Assembly: GCA_003971905.1 (NCBI GenBank)
Contig: RSEE01000088.1
Coordinates: 124,001-188,000 of the forward strand
Origin: Moniliella sp. 'wahieum'
Lineage: Eukaryota
Direction of reading: 5' to 3'
DNA length: 64,000 nt
The number at the start of each line of letters is the position of its first letter. Positions within the stretch are counted from its first letter, which is position 1. This document shows positions 50,044-62,303 of this stretch, piece after piece. The notes beneath the pieces are model-generated. The model was not told the origin of the DNA and ran no database searches. It was given only the letters and a program-made list of their open reading frames with translations. Made by a program: the position numbers and the translations under genes.

Positions 50044-50853
50044 CAGGGTCTGAAGCAGGACCTAACATACGTAACTCTAATGCCATGTCCAAGGGCTTTC
50101 ACCCCTAAATTCCGGGGTCGAGCTCCGTCTCGGGGCTCGCCCCATGACAACATCAGGTTTCGTATTGATCAGCAGTATGCAGGTGTGACCCTCACTGTGT
50201 GAGTCAGTTGGCCAACATCTAGTGATCGAAGGATTTGCATGAATTGTACCCATCCCTGTGCAGGGCTATATAGTCTGTTTTGTGGGATCTGAAGAGATCT
50301 GAGACTCAGATCCCAGCACCGTCTACGGTGAAGCAGGTGAAGCGACGGGGGGAGCGCTTTTGAGACGGACCCATCAGTACCTCTCGTTCTTGTCCAGTGC
50401 GTCAGCAGGATCAACACCTACTTTAGCCGCGGTTGGTCACTCATAATTTACAACTCGGAACTCAGCCTGAGCACTTACATGATTCATGGATGTGGATGAT
50501 GTGTGTGGATGATGTGTGGATGATGTGTGGATGATCGTTGATCGCTGTTCCACCACTCGGGAGCAATTTAACTTTGAACGTTTATTGCGGTTTGGCCATC
50601 TGGCGTTGCGCCACTCGTCCTTCTCTCGCTCGCGCTCTCGCGCTCGCTCTCGCTTCTTCGATCTGACCGCTGGCCCCGTCCATGTCCATTCCGTCGCTTC
50701 TGCAAACTGGCGTTCGCGCAAACAAACTTGGCCTAACCGTCAGCATTCTGTTCGATGTTCACCTTCCCCATCACCACCCACCGGCCGCTCTTCCTTCGTC
50801 CCCCCGATAACACACCACAGCAAAAACACATCTCTTCTCAGCATCAGCGCAGC

Positions 50854-53334
50854 ATGCCTGCACTCTTCCGTCCCCCCCAAACTTCCGTCGGATGGTGCAC
50901 CGCCGCCGCCCTCGTTGCTCTCGCAGCATCAGTTACATTGGCCAAGAGCAGCGCCTCTGCTCCCGCGAACGGCGGAGCTCCCCCCAGCTCCATCGAAGAC
51001 TCCAACCTTTGGTCCCTTGCCAACAGCCATGCCCAAGCCGGTCACGCCGACTCCCTCTTTTACGGCAGCACAGACTTGTACGGCAACCCCATCTTTCTCG
51101 ACACGTTTAATTCTGGTGCCCCAAGCCACCAAGATGCGCCGAGCCAATGCAAAGACAATGTGACCGGTCTGTCGCTCCAAAACCTACGTCAACACCCGCG
51201 CATCATTGTGCCCGGCTACCAGTGGGACTGCCTCTCGCAGCGGATCGCCCATGACGGCTACCTGACCCTAATGAACGAGACGGTGTTTAACAACGCAACC
51301 AACTGGTTCAATCTCCCGCCTACAAACTACTCCATCGACGGAGGGTACTCTGGCTCTGGCATTCTCGATGTATCACGTGAGGTGCAGAGGCGGGTGCGGG
51401 CTTGGGCATACGCCTATCGCGTTACGGGCGACACCAAGTGGGTCAACCGGACCTGGACCGAACTCCACACAGCTGCCGGTAACACTTCTCAGCCGTTTGG
51501 TCAAGGCCCGCCTCCGCTCCCTGATCTCAACTGGAATCCGCTCCACTTCCTCGACACGGGCGAGATGACGGCTGCGTTTGCGATCGGCTACGATTGGCTG
51601 TACGATGCGTGGACTCCGGAACAACGCGAGGCACTGCGTTGGTCCATCATCACCCTCGGCCTCACACCTGGCCTCGAATCGTACAATGGAAACGCCACGG
51701 TTGGCTGGTGGGCCGAGCCGTCGAACGGTTATGGGAATTGGAACTGTGTGTGTAACTCGGGTCTCCTGCTGGGTGCTCTGGCGATTAGTGGCGACGATGG
51801 CGACGATCCGCAGAAAACGTCGTCTCAAGTGCTCAGCAAAGGCTTGGAGAACCTACGGGACAACTGCTTCCAGGCCCCATTCTCGGACGGGACTTGGCCC
51901 GAGACACCGAACTACTGGTACTTTGGCACCAACGCCGCCGCCCGGATCGAATCGGCCCTGATCACTGCCACGGGCTCCAACCAGAACCTTAATCCTGAGT
52001 TTTTCAAAACAGGTGTGTTCCATATGTATGTGTCGGGTATGGCGGGCATGATGGCATACGGTGACCACGGTCCCAACAAGTACTCCACCAATGCCAACGG
52101 AATGCTCTGGTGGGGAAAGCAGTACAACCAAACCCTCTACACGCTCTTCCAGCGGGACCGTGCAGACGCACTGGGAGATCCTCTCGCCCTCTTTTGGTAC
52201 GACGAGACGGTCAAGGGCGCGTTTTGGAACAACCTTCCCATCGATCGCTTCTTTGATGACACACGTGGCTCCTGGGTTTCCATGCGCTCCTCCTGGACCA
52301 ATTGGAATGGGACGTACATTGCGATGAAGGCATCCAACCTGACAGGCCACCAAACCCACGGCGACTTGGATGTGGGCGATTTTGTGTTTGACGCAATGGG
52401 AACCCGCTGGGCGGGCGAATATGGCTCGGCGCAGTACCTATCGGACGGCTACTTTTCTTCCGAAACGGAGACATCCGAGCGCTGGACTTATTATCGTAAG
52501 ATGACCCAGGGGCAAAACACGATCCTGGTTGATGGCCTGAACCAACAAGTCAACTGCGCCCCGGTTAACAAGTTTGGCTCGAGCAATGTGACGCAGTCTG
52601 CGTCGGTGGACTATGCGCCGGGGGTCAACGACACTGCCTACTTTACGACGGATATGAGTTCGGCATACAACCAGTCCGCAGGCTCGGTGCAGCGTGGCAT
52701 TCGGTTCTTGAATGCGCGCCGACAGATGCTGCTGCAGGACGAGATCAAGTCGGGAGTGGCCAAGAACTCGCTCAGCTGGCACGTCCAAACCAATGCCACC
52801 GTCAAGGTGGATGGCAACTCTGCTATCCTTACCATCTCTGACCTGGCCAACCCCAATGCGGCAACGCAAGAGCTGTACTACACTTTCCCAACCAAGACGC
52901 TCAACATTACCATCCTCTCCCCGTCCAACGCTACGTTTGCCACCCAGGGTCCTCCGGCCGGCAACACGGGCGTGTATGTCAACAACTTTGGTGACCCGAT
53001 CAACACCAATGTCACCCTCCTCACCATCGACCTGCCTACCACCTCCGACGTCACGCTGCAAACGTGGTGGCAACCGCAATGGGACAACTTGGGTCCGGGT
53101 GATACCGCCGCGCCCCCCAATGTGGCCTTGGCAGACTGGACAGTCGAGAGCCACAATGTCGGTTCAGGAAACACTACTTCTCCCTGGGGCACCAATGGGG
53201 GTGTAAGCGTGTCGAGTGCGGGATCGGGGTCGGGGCACGGGAAACACAGTGCGGCAGGACACTTGAATGTCAAGTCCATCGCTTGGTCTGTTAGTGCAGT
53301 CCTTAGCTTGACTGGGATTTGGTTTGTACTCTGA
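50854..53334 (+). CDS. Secreted/GPI-type heparinase II/III-like polysaccharide lyase (probably PL35-like)
   Basis: Intact intronless ORF with signal-like WCTAAALVALAASVTLA; motifs HFLDTGEMTAAFAIGYDWLY, NWNCVCNSG, ETPNYWYFGT, HGDLDVGDFVFDAMGTRWAGEYG, GQNTILVDG; S/G linker plus hydrophobic C-terminus; many NxS/T sites. Confidence 0.8.
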   Translation: MPALFRPPQTSVGWCTAAALVALAASVTLAKSSASAPANGGAPPSSIEDSNLWSLANSHAQAGHADSLFYGSTDLYGNPIFLDTFNSGAPSHQDAPSQCKDNVTGLSLQNLRQHPRIIVPGYQWDCLSQRIAHDGYLTLMNETVFNNATNWFNLPPTNYSIDGGYSGSGILDVSREVQRRVRAWAYAYRVTGDTKWVNRTWTELHTAAGNTSQPFGQGPPPLPDLNWNPLHFLDTGEMTAAFAIGYDWLYDAWTPEQREALRWSIITLGLTPGLESYNGNATVGWWAEPSNGYGNWNCVCNSGLLLGALAISGDDGDDPQKTSSQVLSKGLENLRDNCFQAPFSDGTWPETPNYWYFGTNAAARIESALITATGSNQNLNPEFFKTGVFHMYVSGMAGMMAYGDHGPNKYSTNANGMLWWGKQYNQTLYTLFQRDRADALGDPLALFWYDETVKGAFWNNLPIDRFFDDTRGSWVSMRSSWTNWNGTYIAMKASNLTGHQTHGDLDVGDFVFDAMGTRWAGEYGSAQYLSDGYFSSETETSERWTYYRKMTQGQNTILVDGLNQQVNCAPVNKFGSSNVTQSASVDYAPGVNDTAYFTTDMSSAYNQSAGSVQRGIRFLNARRQMLLQDEIKSGVAKNSLSWHVQTNATVKVDGNSAILTISDLANPNAATQELYYTFPTKTLNITILSPSNATFATQGPPAGNTGVYVNNFGDPINTNVTLLTIDLPTTSDVTLQTWWQPQWDNLGPGDTAAPPNVALADWTVESHNVGSGNTTSPWGTNGGVSVSSAGSGSGHGKHSAAGHLNVKSIAWSVSAVLSLTGIWFVL

Positions 53335-54141
53335 AGTCTGCCTATCCTTCTCTCTCTTCTCTCCTCTCTTTCCCATGTGTCATACCGGCTATGGCATGAT
53401 GACACCATATCTTCCAACCGTCTCACAGCTCGCTAAGATGATGCAGAGTCCCTGTCCCTTTCACATCTCCTTTCCCTTTGTTCGATTTCCCCTGTCCCAC
53501 AATTGAGATGCACATACGGCCTAGATGTGCAATCCACTTTTCCCTCCCCTCTCCCGCCTGATTCAAAATATAGTACCCTGGTCATGTAGCTACTATGGAA
53601 AAGGGGGCTGGCTTCTACGTGCATTAGCATATTCGACCACGGACACATGCAGAGACGTTGTATCTTTACTTTCTGTCGAGACCTCTCATGTTTCTCTCTA
53701 CCATTGTCCTCTCTTTTACTATTACTCCGACTACTACTATTACTACTACACACTAATGATGTTGCGCGCCATCAGGAAGGCGTCGTCCTCGTACCACGGC
53801 CTCAGACGTTGTTTAGACAGTGGTATTTTCTGTATTGCCCTGGATGGACAGGTCTCTCGGTCTGTCTGCACAACCCCAGGTGAATATGGACTGCGAGAGT
53901 TATATGGAGTCCTGAGGACCGAGCGGGAGCGAGCGCGCAATCGGCTCTGATGCGCCCTACCGCACGGGGGCGCAGTGGCAGGTGTGCCGCTCTCTGCCGG
54001 ACTGGGGTCCAGCACCCAGTGGTTTCCACCCGCTTGCCATTCCGCCCACGTGACCCGCCGAGTCAGCTATTTTTTTTCGCGGCCACCCACACCTGCCATT
54101 GCGGCCCAACCCAGTCCAGCAGCAGCGATTCCACGCGACCG

Positions 54142-55152
54142 ATGGGCAAGCCCAGCAAGGACAAGAACCGCCCTGCTGCCCCTTCTGCCCGTGGCCGTGG
54201 GCGTGGTCGCGGTCGTGGGAGGGGCGGTGGAAGTGGGCACCAGGGCCATCGTCTGCGCATGTACGCCCCGGCGCCCGACGACCTAGCGTACGCCCCCGCT
54301 TCCGCTGTGACCAGCCGGGCGCCAAGCGCCACCGCCGTGCTGCGCTCGACTCGGACGCCAACTCAGACTCGAACTCGGACTCGGAAGGGGACGATGCGAG
54401 CTCTTCTTCGGACTCGGACTCGTCCGACGCGACAGGCTCCGCCTCGGACCATACGCACCACGTTACGCTGTCCATGTGGGATTTTGGCCACTGCGACCCC
54501 AAGCGGTGCTCGGGCAAAAAGCTGGGGCGACAGGGCAAGGTGCGCGAGATGCGGGTCGGCGACCGATTCCGGGGGGTGGTGTTAACGTAGGTCCCTTTTG
54601 CATTTCCTCTCCTGCCTTCTGCGCGGGGAGATAGAGGGATGGACCAATCTAACTGATGCCCTCGCTTTTCTCTCCAGACCGGGTGGAACTGACCCTCTGT
54701 CCCCCGCTGACGCTGCGACCGCAGCGCAGCATGGCCTGGCTGTTGTCGAGTGCAGCTGGGCGCGGTTGGATGAGGTGCCGCTGCAGCGGTTGCGCGGCAG
54801 TGCGCCGCGCCTCCTGCCTTCGCACTTGGTTGCCGCCAATCCGGTCAACTATGGGCGCCCTCAAAAACTCAATTGCGCCGAAGCCTTGGCGGCCGGGCTG
54901 GCAATCATGGGCTTTTCTGATCAGGCCAAGCACACCCTCGCCGGCTTTTCCTATGGCGAAGAGTTCTTCCGTCTGAATGGCGCGATTGACATTTACGCCC
55001 AATGCCGCACCGCCGAGGAACTGAAAGAGCAAGAAACCTTGTTGACCCAGCGGCTGCAAGAGGAGCAAGAGATAGTCAAGGCGGAGCGCAAGTTGCGTAT
55101 GCAGCACTTGTTTGAGGGGGACTTGGCCGAGGGCTCTGCCTCGGATGAATGA
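54142..55152 (+). CDS. TSR3: 18S rRNA aminocarboxypropyltransferase Tsr3
   Basis: [54 protein letters not shown]. Intron 54587-54677; frameshift near 54310. Confidence 0.92.
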
Positions 55153-56522
55153 AGAGCGTGACCGCTCTGGTTCTGTATTTTACTTTCTCTGACTGCGTAT
55201 CATCATTCGCCTTGCCAGAAACCCAGGTCCTCGATAGAAAAATGGCACCGCAGATGAACAATTTCTGGGCTCTTGGCCAGGGAGTGGTCATATGTCGGCA
55301 GATCAGCAAATGTCCATGCGGAAAGGTGAGCGCCGCATGGCAACCTAAGGGTGAGCACAGGAACTCTCCAACCATATCCTCCACGTCTTGCGCTATGTGC
55401 CGGTGTAGTGGTCAACGTCCGATCCTCGTCAGACGCCTCTTCCCCCCCCTCTCCCACAATCTCTTCCCTGGGAAGGGGGTACGGGCTCGGAGTCTTCTAC
55501 ACAGACCTTGCTCCCCCCTAGCAGAAGCATCCGTGAAAGGCGGGGAACGAACTCTGCCTCTCCTCTTGGTTGTGCTTACAGGAAAGGCCATGCCGAGAAA
55601 AGGGGATGACGTTCGCCCCAAATGCATTCCTGGGCAGCACGTCGAGACGCTGCGTATCCTGGTAGATCCATTCTATACGTACAAGGAGTTGGTGTTGTGA
55701 TCAGAATTGAGCCCCTAAACGGACAGGCTCACGCTCCTTAGCCTGGCCTTGGAAAGTTAGCAGACCTCCTTTACCGGCAAGTACGGCATCTCTCGCGCTG
55801 CCTGTATGCCCCTCCGTGGGGGCATCAGGAACTTTCGAGTCTCGAGATAGGTTAGGGGAGAGCCAGAACCAGAGCTAAAAGCCGAGAACCATTCCTGCGT
55901 AGACAGATGGGAGAAGGCAAGACCACCATCGCGCTCGGTCCGCTGACGCACCAAGGAAACTGCCAGATTGCGGATCGCCTCATCGCTCACCTGGTCTCGA
56001 TGAGAAAGTGCACCGTCTGTGCACACACGCAACACAACTTGTGTACGCATCCACCGCGATGCTAAGTGCTGCGAAGCTCATGTCCGCCCTGTCCACCGTT
56101 TTGACTGGAGAACTGGACAAGCGACAGTGGTCTGCCTCCGCCAGTAGTCTAGACAGCCGCCACTACGCTCCGCTACGTCAATGCCAAAATGTGATTTTAG
56201 TGCCCATCTCAGATCTCATCTCTGCAGTGGTTCGCACTGTAACCGAGAGATTTACCTCACTTCCTGACTAGGTTCGCTACGGCTTGGTGGCTTCCATCTC
56301 CCGCCTCTCTTTCCTACCACACTGTCATCATACACACACCCCTCACCCCCTTCGCCCAAGAAACATGGTGCATGTGCATGGAGGATGGAGTGAAGACAAA
56401 CCTAGTTGAATCGCTAACGCGCTAGTGGTACAAGAGGGGCATAGGTTCAAGGGCCTCTCGGCGGGAGTTTTGTTTACGCTGTAGCCCAGCGGAAGTCATG
56501 GGCCCACTCCAGGGGGAAGCGG

Positions 56523-57530
56523 TTACGCATGGCGCTGGTACTGCGCCACCAGCATAGCATGGTCACGCTCGTAGGGCTCCAATGTCAGCTGCTCCCGTGG
56601 CCGGAACATCTCCCCCTGCAGCTTCTTGACTTCTGACGCAAACACCGCCTCGGCTGGCGCTGTCGAATCAATGCACGATGCCTTGATTGAGATGACAACG
56701 TGTCCGTTGTCTTTGAGGAAGTAATGCGCGTTCAGCGCCACGATCCGTGCCTGGTCTGGTTGTGCGACATCGGCAAAGATCACATCCACTGTGTCCACCA
56801 ACATCCGGTACTTTTGTGGGTGCCGAGCGTCTTCGATGATCGGGATCACGTTGGTGCGCTTCTTGGCCATGTTGATCAAGTCTCGCCCGCTGCGGTGCGA
56901 GAACTCAACAGCGTACACCACCCCCGTCGGGCCCACCACATCCGCCACATGCGAAACGGAAGTGCCCGAGGCAGCACCCAGGTAGAGCACTTTGGCGCCC
57001 GGCTGGATATGAATGTGGTCTAGGCCACCAAGAATTCCTGCCGCCAGCTTGGACCGGAACGGGTTCCAAACACGGTACTCCACCTTTGCCCCGGGAACAC
57101 CGTCGTCCTGTACCACGTCGACAGAAATGCGTTTCTCGCCGCCGTACACCGAGTCACCCGGCGCCAAGTTCTTGGTCACCAGCAGATGCTCCTTGCCCTC
57201 GGCAATGAACACCCCGGCGTGACGGTGGGGCTTGACAATGACCTTACTCCCACCACGAGCACCACCACGAGGTGCACCGCGGCCACGCGGCGCACCACGC
57301 GCACCACCACGCGCACCACCACGACCGCCACCACGACCACCTAGCAAGAACGGACAACAAGCAGGTTAACCTCTGTATTGACTGGCGGCCCAGGAGGCAG
57401 AAGACGTACCACGACCACCGGGCGCACCACGAGCACCACCGCGTCCTCCACGCCCAGGAGGACCACCTCCACCACGACCGCCACGGAAGCCACCCCTTCC
57501 ACCACCACGTCCACGGTCACCAAAAGCCAT
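56523..57530 (-). CDS. NOP1: Fibrillarin (box C/D snoRNP 2'-O-methyltransferase)
   Basis: RGG-rich N-terminus; [50 protein letters not shown]. Intron 57341-57409. Confidence 0.97.
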
Positions 57531-57683
57531 TGCGAAGGAGGCGAGCCGAGTGCAAGAGCAGGGTAAGGTTGCTGGTACGCCGTGGGCAAGAAAAAAAGCC
57601 CCAAGCTGCGACAGCGGAACTCGGCACGGTGATACACCCTGGTGTTCGCTTTCCGCTCCAGGCTGCACAGGGGGTGAAAAAGT

Positions 57684-57772
57684 TGACGAGAGTGGGATTC
57701 GAACCCACGCCCCGGAGGACTGCGGTACAGATTAGCCTGAACACAGCGCGTTAACCACTTCGCTATCTCGCC
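57684..57772 (-). tRNA. tRNA-Leu(CAG) with ~10-nt intron
   Basis: Acceptor stem GGCGAGA/TCTCGTC+A, anticodon arm CTGTG-TTCAGG[CTAATCTGTA]C-CGCAG, long variable arm, T arm GTGGG-TTCGAAT-CCCAC, T5 Pol III terminator downstream. Confidence 0.88.
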
Positions 57773-57992
57773 GGATAGTCACATGCCGGCTATGAGCTGT
57801 ATCCATCGCATCGTTAATGATGGCCTCGATTCTTAGGCGTCAATGCATTAACCATCAGCAATCTCATGGAAACCCTGGTGTCCTCCCTCTACATGCCTCG
57901 AAAGTTAGCCATGTTCTTGATGCCTTTGTAAGTGTCATTGCCTGGACTAGATCGCCCCCACCACTAGGACGATAGCATATCCTCGAGGGCCA

Positions 57993-58966
57993 TTAGGTCC
58001 TCTGGAGATAGAATAGATCTTCCAGGTCAGACCCAACGTTCAACGCCGTCTGTACGGCTGAGGAAAAGGACGACGGCCCCGCATGCTCCCGCGCAAGCGG
58101 GGCGTGCGTGACGCTCGGCGGGATATACTCCGCGTGGGACGAGGTCTCCTCTCGTGGTGCATGCGCCTTGGCTGCCGTGACCACCTCGATCGGGTCCAAG
58201 GCCGAGCTGAGGTCGAGATGGGGGAAGTCTGTGTGCCCAGGACCAGCGGGACCGAGCACTTGCTCACCAAACACGAGCATACGAAGCAATTGGAGCAATT
58301 TGGGGTCGCGGTTCTGGCTTTGGGAGGCCAAGATGGCCGCATTGAGCTCGCCCGCGGTTTGGAAGCGGTGCGTAGGTGCGAGGAGCTCGGCTACATCCGG
58401 AGGTGGGGCAATATGGCTCTTGCCCTTGGCGCCGGCGGCAGGCGTAACATCAAAGACCAGCAGGGCTAACGTCTTTTCCAGCTGGGGCAACAGTTGCGGG
58501 TTCTCCTCGCACAGGATGCGTAGTTCGGACGTGGCAAAAGCAATGGCACCCAGTACGTCGCCTTTTCTAATGAGCTCAATGAGGCTCTGTTGCTTGACGC
58601 GGAACAAGAGCGCTGGGTCGCGGTCGAGCACGGTGGGGTCGAGTTCATTGACTTGGTTGATGGCGCTTTTAATGTCGCCCGACTGCACGGCGGTGCGGAT
58701 CTGCATGCGGGCAGCAATGGAGGAGAGATCGACGCTGGGCTGCAAGCCACTCTCGGCGGCAAAGGCCTCGGCGGCGGACTGGTAGCCTTCGATGACGAGG
58801 TAGTCCATGACGAGGCGGTTGAGGTCGGTGCGGCTGAGGCGGACCTGTCGGTTGAGCGCCTTGTCCCATTCGCTGGTGGAGATGGCGCGCTTCGGTGGCT
58901 GGGGGGGGGCGAGTCAGTACTAGGCAGGGTGCTGTGACGCGGGAGGGGGGGGGGGGGACAGACCAT
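57993..58966 (-). CDS. GID8: GID/CTLH complex subunit Gid8 (LisH-CTLH-CRA)
   Basis: DLNRLVMDYLVIEGYQSAAEAFAAES (LisH), RMQIRTAVQSGDIKSAI, LLFRVKQQSLIELIR, LEKTLALLVF. Coding exon 1 is only the ATG; intron 58899-58963. Confidence 0.9.
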
Positions 58967-59110
58967 GGCAGCGGGGGGCGGTGTGGAGGTGGCGGGGTCA
59001 GATGAGATTGGGAGATGCGGGTGGCGGGGTGACACTGATTCGTGATTGGCGATCGGTGGCTCATGCTGCCTCTTGCAACTGCACCAAATGATGCGTGTGC
59101 AGGCATAGCA

Positions 59111-59203
59111 TCCTCGATGGTCCAACGGCTATGATGTGACGCTCTCACCAGCCTTTGTCAGCTGAGAACCGTCAAGACCCGGGTTCGACTCCCGGTCGGG
59201 GAA
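59111..59203 (+). tRNA. tRNA-Glu(CTC) with 21-nt intron
   Basis: Acceptor stem TCCTCGA/TCGGGGA+A, anticodon arm TGACG-CTCTCA[intron 59148-59168]C-CGTCA, T arm CCGGG-TTCGACT-CCCGG, T-tract downstream. The intron's TGAGA pairs with the anticodon loop. Confidence 0.9.
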
Positions 59204-59770
59204 AGCCTTTTATTGGTTTCATTTTTGCGCGAGGGGGATGGGTGGTGCATGATGGCATGATGCGTGATGCATGATGGGAGGGGGCGACGCGGAAGCGCGT
59301 TTGCTTACGTATGCCTCCCCACCGCGGGGGGGCGGCAGGCAGGAGGCGGCAGGAGGCGGCAGGACGCAGCAGGACACAGCAGGGGGCGAGTGCGGCGGCG
59401 GGCGGCAGGCCGAGGGCCGGCGTGTACCAGCCCAGCCACGGCCGGGTCACGCCAGCCACGACCTCCACCACTTCTGCCGCGCCACGCCTGCCTGCGTCTC
59501 CGCCCCGCCGCCGCCTCCTCCTCCCCTCCTCCCCCTCGACCGCGCCCGGCCGCACCCTCCCGCGCATCGTCTCTGCTGCTGCTGGCGGCAGCACAGCACA
59601 ACAGCCTTCGACGGCCCCCACCTGCTGGTCGGGCCTCAGGTCTGTTCTGTTCTGCCAGAACTGTCGTGTTCCCGCGTCCCCCCCTCGCTCTCCCGCTCGC
59701 CCGTGCCCCCGCGCCCCTACGCCCCTACGCCCCTACGCCCCCACGCCCCCACTCGCCCCTCTCTCGCCCC

Positions 59771-61526
59771 ATGCCAGAACCCCGTCGCCCGCCGCGGCCC
59801 CCGTCGCAGCCGATTGGATCCAGCACGTGGTACGGATATGTGGCCACCACCCACGACGCCCTCCTCCTCCTCGAAGCAGCCAAGCGCGGCCTCATCCCCC
59901 GCATCAGCCGCCGCCTGCGCGAAGACGAGCGCCGCCGCCTCATCGCCTCCGGCAACATCTTCATATTCGATGAGAGTGAGGCTGACATCCGCCGCTGGAC
60001 CGATGGCCTGGTTTGGAGCCCAAGCCGCATCCTTCAAAATTTTTTGGTATGCCTGCACCCCTGTTTCGATCGCCCCACCTTGGTGACCACTGTCTCTGAC
60101 ATGCCTCTGTTCCAACCCAGGTTTACCGCCAAATCGAGCGCAAAAATCCCCGCACAGCACCCGCCTCACGCGCTTCCCTCGACTCGGCCGCTACGGGGGC
60201 TCAGTCACCCGGCAGCCTCCGTGAGGCTCCTCCCTCTGCCCCTCCCGTCCAGAAGGAAGACCCGTCGCGCACCAGCAGCACCACAGACGAACCGGCAGAG
60301 CCGTTGCTTGAGAATGACCATCGCTTGCGGACGGGCAGTCTCGACTCGGCTTTGGACGTGTCGTTACGACCCACAAGTCCGCGTGCGCCGAAGCGCAAAG
60401 GCGAGCATTCCCGTGCACTGTCGCATGTGACCTCGCACTCGCCCTTTGTTCGCAATGGGCTTTGTAAAAAGGTTCGTTGCCGCTGACTTCTGCCTGCGAG
60501 CACATCTAACTTTTTTTTCCTTTCTTCCAGACCATTTCCATTGAATGCAATGGCTCGCAGACCCACCTGATCTCTTACTATTCGTTGGAGGACGTGCGGG
60601 ATGGGCGCTTGCGACCCCCTTCTTCGTTTCCCGAACTGGCGTCCCTCCGCATTTCGCGCGAATATCTCTTGGCTGCCATGAGCTTCCGCTCCCCGCCCAA
60701 CACGAAAGAAGAGGCAGACGGGTCGATCGTCTATCTTGGTGAATCCTTTGTGGGAGACATCCCAGCCAGCTTCTTGCCGGAAGAATACCGCGACAAACCG
60801 ACCGCCCGCCCGCCAGGTGGAGGTCAAAGTGGCGGGGTAACCTCAATGAGTCTGGGGGCTGTGTTGGGACCGACGCCTGCGGTGGTCAGTCCGGGAGGGA
60901 ACGTGGCTGCTTTTGCTTCCACCCTGTCCCCTCATCCCGACCAGGCTAGCCATATGGGCTTCAACTTGCCCAGCCCAGCGACACCGCACAGCATGTCCAT
61001 GATGCCGTCGGGTGTGCCCGCCGTGGCCCACCCAGCACCGCCGCGAACCCACAGTGGGGCCGAGATGCGGTACTTCCCGCGGGACGAGTATATGGGCGTG
61101 CACTTTTACTCTTCTCCGCCCTCGACAGGGCCCGCTCCGGGGCTTGGTTCCACAGCCGGGCCCGGTGGGCCCTTTTTTGCTCCTCCCCTTGGCATGTACT
61201 CTGGCCCATACGAACCGCGCCACACCTACTTCCCTCCCACGTCCACGGGAGGTGCGGGCAGTCCGCAGGGATCCGACAGCAAGCGTCCGCGCATGTCGGC
61301 GGGGGTGGTGAAAGAGCGTACGCATCCCAACATGCGCCCGCTGGCGCCTGTATCTATGCCTGGTTCCGCCTACCCTCTGTTGGACGTGGGGGCGCCATCG
61401 ATGTGGACGATGCCCGAAGGAGAGATGCTTCGTGGCCCAGGCCCAATGCCTCCCGTCGAAGCCAGCCCGCACGCGCTGGGATCGCCCATGGAACGGTACC
61501 CTCCGGCCCCGCGAGGGCCGGGATAG
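59771..61526 (+). CDS. WOPR (Gti1/Pac2) family transcription factor, Gti1/Wor1/Ros1-like
   Basis: TWYGYVATTHDALLLLEA, SGNIFIFDESEADIRRWTDGLVWSPSRILQNFLVYR, then GLCKKTISI...HLISYYSLEDV. Introns 60047-60120 and 60472-60530. Confidence 0.9.
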
Positions 61527-62303
61527 GGTCTGGACGCTGGACTGAGATCCTCAAGATGGATTCGGTGGCCCGCCCAGTAGGCCGGGCCCCCACCTTGATT
61601 TCTTCTCTCGGTGGTAGGGCCCACGGACTCGGCAGGGCCCCTGCTCACGTGTTTCGTTTCCTCTGTAGTGTTGTGCATGCTACACTTCCTCCCCTGTGCT
61701 GCTCTCCTCTCCTATCCCTCCCTCCCTCTCCCTCCCCCCTCTCCTCGCCCCTCCTCTCCTCTCTCCTTGTGCTCCAAAATTGATCCTCCGGCTTGACTCC
61801 CACCCGACGCGATGGTACGGCCGAGCGCGAGCGCGGTGTGCCGTATAGCAGAGTAGTCCTCTTGAATGGCGAGAATGCGAGCAATCTCAATTGGCTTACT
61901 ATTACTACTGCGTTGCAGTCATGTCGTGGCGCCGCAGTGCTCACATGGACGGCTAGCCGCGGCATGCCATTGGAGCCAAGGAACAACGCCAGAAGTGGCG
62001 GTGGGCCGAAAAGCAGTGGGATGGCCAACCATCAGTGGCGTTGCGACGCAGGCTAAGGCCCAGGCGACTTGCCAGTATCTGCGCTCGCCCTGCTGCTCTC
62101 CAAGGCCACCACGTGGCTCTCCGTCTGACGTTTGCCTCGCTACGTTGACCAGCCGAGGGGCGCTCATTCCGGCCCGCGCGGCGGAATTACGATCCAAATC
62201 TCCCATCCGCCCACCCACAGGTTAATACACCCCCCCCCCTTTGGGCGGCAAGCCGGGTGCGACGACAGACAGCTTGACCGCCCCACCGGCAGCTTGCTCG
62301 GCC

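Noticed and set aside
48600..50500. Intergenic region as LTR or ncRNA
   Set aside because: No second copy, TG...CA boundaries or convincing snoRNA boxes identified by eye.
55160..56300. Short ORFs between TSR3 and NOP1 as a gene or transposon relic
   Set aside because: No recognisable motifs, terminal repeats or consistent frame; cannot be supported.
57736..57742. Possible UCA (selenocysteine/opal suppressor) anticodon in TTCAG
   Set aside because: Stem register places CAG at positions 34-36; the A73 discriminator and variable arm fit tRNA-Leu.
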